Assembly (NCBI GenBank): GCA_964236955.1
Contig: CAXSGP010000109.1
Coordinates: 1-14,358 of the forward strand
Source of the DNA: an uncultured Oligoflexus sp.
GTDB lineage: Bacteria > Bdellovibrionota_B > Oligoflexia > Oligoflexales > Oligoflexaceae
Length of the DNA: 14,358 nt
Direction of reading: 5' to 3'
Each line of letters begins with the position of its first letter. Positions within the stretch are counted from its first letter, which is position 1. Shown piece by piece: positions 7,320-14,358 of this stretch. The notes beneath the pieces were generated by a model that saw nothing but the letters and a program-made list of their open reading frames with translations, was not told the DNA's origin and made no database searches. Both the position numbers and the translations under genes were made by a program.

Positions 7320-7913
7320 TCAGGCCTTTTTAGAAAGTGAGGCTATGAAAAGTATCGCATCGTCACTCGTCAAAGCCACGCTCATAGCTCTGCCCTCTTC
7401 TAAGATGAGGGTGTCGTGAAGCATGAGAATCTCTGGTCGACCTTCACTGGACCACTGGCAATACCCTTGATTAACCCAGATGAGATGAATGTCCGCGAGT
7501 TTTAGAAGGAAGGGTTCGCCGGTTTTGAGTCGCACACAGTCAAGCCTGGATTTAAACTGATCCCGGCGCACCATAAGATTAAAGTCTTCGGCCTTGCCAT
7601 CTAACAAGCCCTGAGTGATCCATTCTCCCTGGAAAAGGTAAGGGACGAATGGGAGGAGTTGCTTTTCGGGCCTGCCTTCGTGCACAAGACGCATGGGCTT
7701 GCCGCTAAGCTGGACAATGCATCGATCATAACCAGGGAAGGTCGAAAAGGGTCCCGATCCATCGAGTTGCGCCAGGCTCAGTCGCCAGGAGAAAGCCGCA
7801 AGGACCGAGGATTGAGCCGGATAGATGGCTATCTCCGTGGTCGAACCGCCCCCATTCTTCCAAGGCATTGTTCGATAATCGGCAGCGCGAAGGTGAGTTG
7901 CTTTGAACGTCAT
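7320..7913 (-). CDS. HutD/Ves family protein (cupin-like)
   Basis: MPWKNGGGSTTEIA, FSWRLSLA, GPFSTFPGYDR and DFNLMVRR. ATG at 7913 is preferred; alternative at 7943. Confidence 0.9.
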   Translation of the reverse strand: MTFKATHLRAADYRTMPWKNGGGSTTEIAIYPAQSSVLAAFSWRLSLAQLDGSGPFSTFPGYDRCIVQLSGKPMRLVHEGRPEKQLLPFVPYLFQGEWITQGLLDGKAEDFNLMVRRDQFKSRLDCVRLKTGEPFLLKLADIHLIWVNQGYCQWSSEGRPEILMLHDTLILEEGRAMSVALTSDDAILFIASLSKKA

Positions 7914-7957
7914 GATCAGGCCATTTTGAGAAGGGAACGCCATCCACGGATCGACAT

Positions 7958-7988
7958 AAAAAAACCTCCTTCGCTTGACCGAAGGAGG
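7958..7988 (-). terminator. Intrinsic terminator after the lipoprotein gene
   Basis: Perfect 9-bp stem CCTCCTTCG-cttgac-CGAAGGAGG (7965-7988) with A7 at 7958-7964, which reads as U7 on the minus strand. Confidence 0.85.
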
Positions 7989-8001
7989 AGGAGAAAGACC
8001 A

Positions 8002-8595
8002 TCAGATGTTGCAGGAAACGCTGGTGGCGCTATTTACCGATGCGGTGACCGCCGGATCGATAGGATTGCGCGGAGAGCCCTGAAAGATAGTTTGGATCAG
8101 ATTCGCGCAGTTTACGGTAATCGTAACTTTAGGCGCAGCATAAGTCGTCGTTACCGTGCACGAGCCGTTATAATTCAATGCCTTGTCCGTGGCGAGGTCC
8201 CGGAACATATTGTAGCTGTTGATTCCGGTCACACTATCATGCAGGGAGAAATCGACAGCACAAACATTGTATTTTTGTCCGACGCCATCGACTTTATTAT
8301 CGGGGGCCTGAGTGCAGGTATAGGTTTGGGGAGTTGTGGTAAAGCCCTTTATTTTAATGGCCATGCGAGTCCCCGCGTCCCCCGTAAATGTCGCTGTAAA
8401 TAATCCTGAATCAGCATTGCTTACACAGGTGGCGGCCGTAAGTGAAGTCGATGTAATGTCGGTCGAAGCGAGAAGAGACGTCTTTAGGGTGCCAAATACC
8501 GTCGCGGCAGCTGCCGCATCGTCGTTAGACTTACCGCAAGAAACGGCCGAAAGGATTAGGCCCGTGATGGCAAGCGAGGGTAAAAGTGCTTTCAT
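8002..8595 (-). CDS. Hypothetical lipoprotein, Thr/Cys-rich and predicted beta-rich
   Basis: Signal peptide II MKALLPSLAITGLILSAVS-C, GGAG RBS, its own terminator, and six further Cys residues. Confidence 0.8.
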   Translation of the reverse strand: MKALLPSLAITGLILSAVSCGKSNDDAAAAATVFGTLKTSLLASTDITSTSLTAATCVSNADSGLFTATFTGDAGTRMAIKIKGFTTTPQTYTCTQAPDNKVDGVGQKYNVCAVDFSLHDSVTGINSYNMFRDLATDKALNYNGSCTVTTTYAAPKVTITVNCANLIQTIFQGSPRNPIDPAVTASVNSATSVSCNI

Positions 8596-8756
8596 TTAGG
8601 TCTCCAGTTGATCAAGGTGCTAGATTTTCAGAGGTCAGGCTCGCAAAGTTTTCAGCAATGAATTTAACATAGGCACCGAAGAAAAAGTAGCATCCCGAGT
8701 GAATCGAGAACCCTGGAACCGTCAGGCGATCGGGGCCGGGATCCCATTCCGTCCGT

Positions 8757-9479
8757 TTACCAGCGCAGGTGATTCTTTAGAAGATCCTTAGGTGAGGGGT
8801 CGGGTGGAGCCCAGTCATCGACCTGCTCCAGGATTTTTCCGGCAATCTTCTTGTAGCCCTGGGCCGATGGATGCAGGCAGTCAAAAAAATCCGCATCGGC
8901 TCCAAAATTCTCGATTTGTCTCAAATCAATGACGACATCACCATGCTCGGCAGCGACGCCGATAATCTTATTATCGAGATAAAGACGATGGGCGCGAAAG
9001 GCGACGAAATCCTCAGCCGTGTAATGATCACATTTCTCGGGAGAGTTGGGCCAATAAGTGAGGAAAACCGTCCGTTTGCCGTGATTGGCAATCGTCTGCC
9101 TTATCGCTCGTAAATGGTCGGCGATATGTTCGTATTTAAGATCGACCGTCGCCGGATCGCAGCGGCGCAGGCAATCTGAGGTCGAAAAGATATGCACCCA
9201 ATCGTTGCCGCCATGCAAAAGGAATACGACTTTTGCTTCGGGAACCGTCCGGATTGCGGCATCCGCCCTTTGTTCAGCTGCGTTGGATTTCTCCCCTGGA
9301 ACCGCAAGATTTGCTACGGCATAACCCGAGCCCTGCTCCACGCGCCGGACCCAGCCTCCCGGTAGATCGCCATAGCCCCAGGTCACGCTGTCACCATAGG
9401 CGGCAAGCTCGGCTCGCGGCTCGGCATTGCAGGAGCTGAGCATGATGAGGCCGAGAGCCGAAAATAATATTCGTCGCAC
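8757..9479 (-). CDS. SGNH/GDSL hydrolase family lipoprotein
   Basis: Block I GDSVTWG, block II NLAVPG, block III GGND and block V DCLHP. Lipobox LSSC. GTG start after GAGGT. Confidence 0.9.
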   Translation of the reverse strand: MRRILFSALGLIMLSSCNAEPRAELAAYGDSVTWGYGDLPGGWVRRVEQGSGYAVANLAVPGEKSNAAEQRADAAIRTVPEAKVVFLLHGGNDWVHIFSTSDCLRRCDPATVDLKYEHIADHLRAIRQTIANHGKRTVFLTYWPNSPEKCDHYTAEDFVAFRAHRLYLDNKIIGVAAEHGDVVIDLRQIENFGADADFFDCLHPSAQGYKKIAGKILEQVDDWAPPDPSPKDLLKNHLRW

Positions 9480-9495
9480 AGATGACCTCTAGCGT

Positions 9496-9524
9496 TTGGC
9501 AATCGTTAGTAGGCATCGTACAAT
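9496..9524 (+). promoter_or_regulatory. Putative sigma70 promoter in the divergent intergenic region
   Basis: TTGGCA (9496-9501), 17-bp spacer, TACAAT (9519-9524). AAGGAG RBS at 9563-9568. Confidence 0.55.
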
Positions 9525-9574
9525 CTCACATCCACTCCATCAAGCCTGGGTTTTAACACCTAAAGGAGAATGCC

Positions 9575-10195
9575 GTGCGTTTTCGACCCTTCTTGCTTTC
9601 AGGAGCATGCGCGAGCGGGCTTATTGCGACCTTTGTTCCCAAGGCACTTGCCGAATTCACCGGGGAGAATCGCAGCATCAACGGCACTGGGGAAACGCTC
9701 CCGGATGGCGATTTTGAATTGGGGATGACGTCGGCCTCTTACGGACTCAGTCAAGACCTGATGCTGCAGGCTCCCTCGCTGGCGACGCTCTTTGGCTTCG
9801 GACGCATCGAGCTGCGGCGGCGCTTCCGGCTTGAAGGTGATCAGCGTCTGACAAGCTATGTTTTTGGCGAAACACCTAAAAAATTCGGCATTGGCTCAGA
9901 TTATGGTTGGAACTTCGGGTCAGATCATTCCCACAGCCTCACTGCGGGCGGCCGAGTCCAGTTCACGCGGCGTTTGGAAGGCACTTCGTCCGGTCGCCGA
10001 TCCCGACTCCACACGATCGCGATTCCCAACTTTGAATATGACTTCTATTACAACGGAAACGATTCCTACCTTGGCATTGCCGATTATATTCCCTATGTGG
10101 GCCATACCTGGTCCTTTTCTTTTTGGAACATTGGACTGATCGCCACCCCCCTTACGAGCATGGTTCCCCTACCCTACGTCTATGTGAGATTTTAA
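9575..10195 (+). CDS. Hypothetical exported protein, probable small outer-membrane beta-barrel
   Basis: Signal peptide ending ALA, alternating aromatic/Gly strands, and C-terminal YVYVRF resembling a BAM beta-signal. GTG start after AAGGAG. Confidence 0.65.
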   Translation: MRFRPFLLSGACASGLIATFVPKALAEFTGENRSINGTGETLPDGDFELGMTSASYGLSQDLMLQAPSLATLFGFGRIELRRRFRLEGDQRLTSYVFGETPKKFGIGSDYGWNFGSDHSHSLTAGGRVQFTRRLEGTSSGRRSRLHTIAIPNFEYDFYYNGNDSYLGIADYIPYVGHTWSFSFWNIGLIATPLTSMVPLPYVYVRF

Positions 10196-10387
10196 TTTTT
10201 TAATAATATCAATTGGATAAGAATGTGTCCCGCCATGAATTTGATTGTCTTTCAGGCGATACAGTCTGACTTGATTTTCCCATCTTATGCATTTCCATTT
10301 TAGGGCAGTAAAGTAGGGTCGAGGTAAGATCTGTGAAAACCCGACGTCGGGATGAAAAAAAGCTCAATCGTCGATACTGAGGTTTAT

Positions 10388-11188
10388 ATGAATACTGCAA
10401 AACTACCCACTCTGTTCCTTTCCCATGGTGGTGGCCCCTGGCCTTATGTAGCCGAGATGAAGGTTCAGTTTGCCAGGACTGCCAAGTGGCTTGCGGATCT
10501 GCCAGGAGCATTGCCGCAAAGACCCAAGGCCATTCTTTCCATTTCAGGGCACTGGGAAACGGATGTGTTCACGGTATCAGCTGCTGCTCAGCCCTCGATG
10601 GTGTATGATTATTCAGGATTTCCAGAGAATACTTATCAAGTAAAATATGAAGCGCCCGGATCGCCGGAACTTGCGAAGCGGGTGCAGGAGCTTTTGAACA
10701 AGGCCGGCATCAAAAATGCCAGTGATCCGCAGCGGGGTTTTGATCACGGAACCTTTGTGCCCCTGGTCATGATGTATCCTGAAGCGGACATTCCCGTCGT
10801 ATCGCTGTCGATCAAACGCAACCTTAACCCTTTGGACCATATAAAAATGGGCGAAGCCTTGAGGCCACTACGCGACGAAGGTATTCTCATCCTCGGCAGC
10901 GGTCTGTCCTACCACAACATGCGTGGTTTCGGGTCAAGCAGCGCCGCCGCTGTCTCTCAACTCTTTGGCCGTTGGCTGGCAGAGACTGTGAACATACCGG
11001 ACCCGAAGGTTCGCAGCCAGAATCTTTTAGAATGGGAAAAGGCACCGGGCGCGCGTCACGCCCACCCACGCGAGGATCATTTGATTCCACTCATGGCCGT
11101 TGCAGGCGCAGCTGGAACCGATCCCGGCAAAACTGTGTTTGTCGACCATGTCTTTGGAGTGGACATGGCGTCCTATGAATTTGGGTGA
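10388..11188 (+). CDS. DODA-type (LigB/YgiD-like) class III extradiol ring-cleavage dioxygenase
   Basis: LFLSHGGGP, ISGHWE, YDYSGFP..TY..KY.APGSP, RGFDHG.FVPL, GSGLSYHN and HPREDHLIPL. ATG at 10388 follows GAGG. Confidence 0.92.
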   Translation: MNTAKLPTLFLSHGGGPWPYVAEMKVQFARTAKWLADLPGALPQRPKAILSISGHWETDVFTVSAAAQPSMVYDYSGFPENTYQVKYEAPGSPELAKRVQELLNKAGIKNASDPQRGFDHGTFVPLVMMYPEADIPVVSLSIKRNLNPLDHIKMGEALRPLRDEGILILGSGLSYHNMRGFGSSSAAAVSQLFGRWLAETVNIPDPKVRSQNLLEWEKAPGARHAHPREDHLIPLMAVAGAAGTDPGKTVFVDHVFGVDMASYEFG

Positions 11189-11216
11189 ACTAAAATAACG
11201 AAGCACACGCCACGCC

Positions 11217-11247
11217 AGGCTTCGAGACTGATCCGTAGCCTTTTTCT
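11217..11247 (+). terminator. Possible terminator after the dioxygenase gene
   Basis: Imperfect hairpin AGGCT-tcgagactgatccgt-AGCCT followed by TTTT. Confidence 0.4.
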
Positions 11248-11530
11248 ACCGGGCTGGACATCACCTCTAGGATGTCCTGCCGGACTGCTTTAGGCCTGAG
11301 ATAATCCTTTGGCGCCTCGGTACGCCCGGTTTGCAAAGCATGGCCGCGATTCTTACAAAAGCGGCGAATTACCCTCCCGGCACAAGGTCTTGTGGACTTT
11401 GAAAACAGAGAACGTTAGCTTTGACAAAGCTGATAACTGCAGCCGACGCATCGATTGGCAACTCTGGGAATCGAATCGGCCAGGACCAGGAATTGTCTTC
11501 GACTCAACTTTCTCGGGAGCTAGTGAAAAC

Positions 11531-14062
11531 ATGAAGCCACGCGTCTTCAAATTTGGTGGGACGTCGCTCGCGACTGCCGATTCTTTACTTAAAGTCATTT
11601 CCCTCATTCGCCTGGGGGCGCCTAAGCTTTGTGTCGTCGTCTCTGCCAGCAGCGGCGTGACCGATACTCTTTATAAAATCTACTACGGTTCCCTCCGTGG
11701 CGAGGTCGGCGACAATCCGGCTCTCATTGCAGGCCTTGAAGATAAGCATATCCATCTGGTGCGTGGCGTCATCACCAATAGAGTCAGACGGGAAAATCTG
11801 GAGGCTTCCATCCGCGCGACCATAGACGAATTGCGGCGCATCAGCGACAGCCTGTCGATACTCCGCGAAGATACTCCCAGGGTCCTTTCCAGAGCGGTAA
11901 GCTACGGCGAACGTCTCATGGCTGCCATCGTCTCCGAGACGTTGATGGATCATGACGTGCCAGCGGCTCTGGTCGACTCGACCCGGCTGATCAAGATGAG
12001 TCGGGATCGGCAGGATTATGCGCCTGATGATGCTAAATCCAAGGCTGCTGTCGAGAGCATTCTGCCCGCTCTGCTGGACGAGGGAAAGGTTGTCGTTATC
12101 CCTGGTTTTTTTGGCGAAGGACCCGACGGGGAAGTGATGATTTTGGGGCGCGGGGGCTCCGACTATACGGCGACTTTGCTGGGAGGTTATCTTGAAGCGC
12201 GCGAGGTCTGCCTTTACAAGGAGGTCGATGGCTTGATGACCGCCGATCCCAGACATGTGTTCGATGCCCGGGTGCTCGCAGAACTTCACTATCGCGAAGC
12301 TGCGGAACTCGCCTACTTCGGCGCCAAGGTTTTGCACCCCAGGGCTATCATTCCACTGGTTGCAAACAAAATTCCCCTGATCGTAAAAAACACCTTTTTT
12401 CCCGAAAAGCCAGGCACCCGCATCGACGGCAAGGTTGCCGAGAAGGGCTTTCCAGTCAAGGCCTTGAGCTATATCGGCAAGCAGGCTCTGATCGCTGTTG
12501 AGGGTAAAGGCATGATGGGGGTTCCGGGCATTGCCTCCAAGGCCTTTGGAGCTATGGCTCATCACGGAATCTCGACCTCGTTTATCACTCAGGCATCGAG
12601 CGAGGCAAGCATCAGCTTTGTCGTTCCGGGCGAGCAGGGCCTCGAAGCCAAAAAGGCTTTAGAGGAAGCCTTTCGCTTTGAAATAGACCATCAACTCATC
12701 GATGACGTAAAGCTGCAGTCCCACATCGCGATCCTGGCAGTAGTGGGTCTCGGCATGCGGGGTACGCCTGGAATTGCCGCCCGGGCGTTCTCCTGCATCG
12801 CGCGTCAGGACATCAACGTTATGGCGATCGCCCAGGGCTCGTCAGAGCTTAATATCTCCATCGTCATCGCTGAGGATGATGCGGCCCGGGCCCTTCGCTC
12901 CCTGCATAAGGAATATGGCCTGGAAAAACTGCGGCCGATTCCCCATCGCAACCCCCGCGAACTCAACCTCGCGATTTTTGGCTTCGGCAAAATCGGTCAG
13001 ACTCTGCTTAAACAGCTGCAGGAGCAAAAGGAATATCTCGATCAAAGACTCAAGCTTCACTGTCCTGTCATCGGGCTTGCCGATCGATCGGGCATCGTCG
13101 TCGCGGAGCGAGGCTTCACCGATCCGGAGCAAAAATCTTTCTTCGCCATTAAATCGGCGAAAAACGGCTTGGTTGAAGACAGCTCGGCCCCATCGGTCGA
13201 AGCGCAGATGGAAAGCCATCTCTGGCATGGACCCTGGGATCGCCGGATTTTTATCGATCTCACCGCCAGTGATTCGGCACCGACCATTCGTAAGGCCCTA
13301 AAAAATGGCTTTCATGTCGTTCTCGCCAATAAAAAGCCTTTGACCATTCCCCATAAAGAATATCGGGAGCTCCTGCAATTGGCTGCGCAGAACGGAGTTC
13401 AGCTTCGTTACGAGGCGACCGTCGGCGCGGGCCTACCGGTCCTCGATACAATCGAAAAACTCACGACTGCAGGCGATCAGGTCCTGGAAATACTCGGTTG
13501 CTTCTCAGGCACATTGGGTTATCTCATGACCGAGCTTGAAGACGGGATAGCCTTTTCCGTAGCTGTAAGACAGGCCTTTGAGAAGGGTTATACCGAGCCC
13601 GATCCCCGAGATGATCTCTCGGGAATGGACGTTGCCAGGAAGGCTCTGATCCTGGCGCGAACGATGGGGATCGCGATCGAACTCGAAGACATCGCTCTCG
13701 ATCCACTCTTTCCTGCTCATCTTAGTCATGACGATCCTCAAACCTTTATGGCGAATCTGCAGGCGCTCGACGAAGCCTATGAAGCGCGTATGAGTTCTGC
13801 CAAAGCCAAAGGCTGCGCGCTTCGCTATGTCGCCCGTATCATGCCAGGGAAGGTAACCGTCGGCGTTGAAGAAATCAGTAAATCCGATTCGCTCGGTCGT
13901 CTCCGTGGCACCGACAATCAAGTAAGCATCAAAACCTTGCGTTATCACAGTAACCCCTTGATCGTGACGGGCCCGGGCGCCGGCGCCGAGGTGACTGCGG
14001 CCGGCGTCTTGAACGATATTATAACGATCGCGACGAGTCAGGTTCATGAGGTGAAATCATGA
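11531..14062 (+). CDS. thrA: Bifunctional aspartate kinase / homoserine dehydrogenase
   Basis: Aspartate kinase motifs FKFGGTS, LGRGGSDYTA and VDGLMTADPR; two ACT domains (G.GMMGVPGIA, GLGMRGTPGIA..QGSSE); homoserine dehydrogenase motifs GFGKIG, ANKK, YEATVGAGLP, EPDPRDDLSG.DVARK and GPGAG. ATG at 11531 follows GGGAG. Adjacent to thrB. Confidence 0.95.
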   Translation: MKPRVFKFGGTSLATADSLLKVISLIRLGAPKLCVVVSASSGVTDTLYKIYYGSLRGEVGDNPALIAGLEDKHIHLVRGVITNRVRRENLEASIRATIDELRRISDSLSILREDTPRVLSRAVSYGERLMAAIVSETLMDHDVPAALVDSTRLIKMSRDRQDYAPDDAKSKAAVESILPALLDEGKVVVIPGFFGEGPDGEVMILGRGGSDYTATLLGGYLEAREVCLYKEVDGLMTADPRHVFDARVLAELHYREAAELAYFGAKVLHPRAIIPLVANKIPLIVKNTFFPEKPGTRIDGKVAEKGFPVKALSYIGKQALIAVEGKGMMGVPGIASKAFGAMAHHGISTSFITQASSEASISFVVPGEQGLEAKKALEEAFRFEIDHQLIDDVKLQSHIAILAVVGLGMRGTPGIAARAFSCIARQDINVMAIAQGSSELNISIVIAEDDAARALRSLHKEYGLEKLRPIPHRNPRELNLAIFGFGKIGQTLLKQLQEQKEYLDQRLKLHCPVIGLADRSGIVVAERGFTDPEQKSFFAIKSAKNGLVEDSSAPSVEAQMESHLWHGPWDRRIFIDLTASDSAPTIRKALKNGFHVVLANKKPLTIPHKEYRELLQLAAQNGVQLRYEATVGAGLPVLDTIEKLTTAGDQVLEILGCFSGTLGYLMTELEDGIAFSVAVRQAFEKGYTEPDPRDDLSGMDVARKALILARTMGIAIELEDIALDPLFPAHLSHDDPQTFMANLQALDEAYEARMSSAKAKGCALRYVARIMPGKVTVGVEEISKSDSLGRLRGTDNQVSIKTLRYHSNPLIVTGPGAGAEVTAAGVLNDIITIATSQVHEVKS

Positions 14063-14343
14063 AATTCAGCGTTTTTGCACCGGCGACAATCGGCAATGTG
14101 GCGTCAGGGTTTGATGTACTGGGGCTCGCGGTCGATGGATTGGGTGATACCTTTCATTTCGAGTCGAGCGACAGGTATTCGATTCGTGTCACCGGACGCG
14201 ATGCTGCGGATATTCCCACAGATCCTTTACTCAACACGGTGACGATTGCTGCGGAATCATTTTATCGCCTGTATGGACGCCTTGCCCAGCCCTTTGCGGT
14301 GCATCTGGAGCGCGCGCTGCCGATGGTGCCCGCGGGCGTCTGA
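14059..14343 (+). CDS. thrB: Homoserine kinase (GHMP family), N-terminal part only; interrupted at about 14327
   Basis: FAPATIGNVASGFDVLGLA signature and an ATGA overlap with thrA. The sequence diverges after ERALPM, where the xxGLGSSAA motif is expected. Confidence 0.85.
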   Translation: MKFSVFAPATIGNVASGFDVLGLAVDGLGDTFHFESSDRYSIRVTGRDAADIPTDPLLNTVTIAAESFYRLYGRLAQPFAVHLERALPMVPAGV

Positions 14344-14358
14344 GCGCCACCGGCGGGC

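Noticed and set aside
8757..9479. SGNH hydrolase as the missing NRPS release enzyme
   Set aside because: It carries a lipoprotein signal, so it is extracytoplasmic. It is also on the opposite strand, 3 kb away, beyond terminators and unrelated genes.
11309..11530. 74-aa N-terminal extension of ThrA given by the ORF track
   Set aside because: Aspartate kinase homology begins at MKPRVFKFGGTS, and ATG 11531 has its own RBS.
11585..14047. Long antisense or alternate-frame ORFs within thrA (326, 175, 128 and 180 aa)
   Set aside because: They overlap a highly conserved gene and are explained by codon-bias shadows.
10388..14062. DODA dioxygenase or thrA as part of the biosynthetic cluster (tailoring, precursor supply or resistance)
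   Set aside because: They are separated from the cluster by several unrelated genes, and thrA-thrB looks like the ordinary housekeeping operon. There is no sequence evidence for a link.
1..14358. CRISPR array, tRNA/rRNA, IS element or integrase
   Set aside because: No regularly spaced repeats, cloverleaf or rRNA motifs, or transposase/integrase ORFs were seen by eye.

Overview
Bacterial chromosomal DNA of roughly 50-55% GC (estimated by eye). The gene content weakly suggests an Oligoflexia/Bdellovibrionota-like or other deltaproteobacteria-like host; this is unverified. From left to right: (1) the 3' part of a DUF1801 gene. (2) A compact three-gene candidate biosynthetic cluster (785-5707): a SyrP/AmbC-like Fe(II)/2-oxoglutarate oxygenase, a class I SAM methyltransferase, and a single-module NRPS-like protein with an atypical acyltransferase-like condensation domain, an adenylation domain and a PCP but no release domain. 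This cluster is the most interesting element. (3) Convergent terminators, then a minus-strand run of small genes: an Sm-like orphan, DUF3820, VF530/DUF2132, a RimI-like GNAT, HutD/Ves, a Cys/Thr-rich lipoprotein and an SGNH lipoprotein. (4) A putative outer-membrane beta-barrel and a DODA/LigB-type dioxygenase. (5) thrA, followed by a thrB that breaks off just before its GHMP ATP-binding motif at the window end. No rRNA, tRNA, CRISPR array or mobile element was seen.
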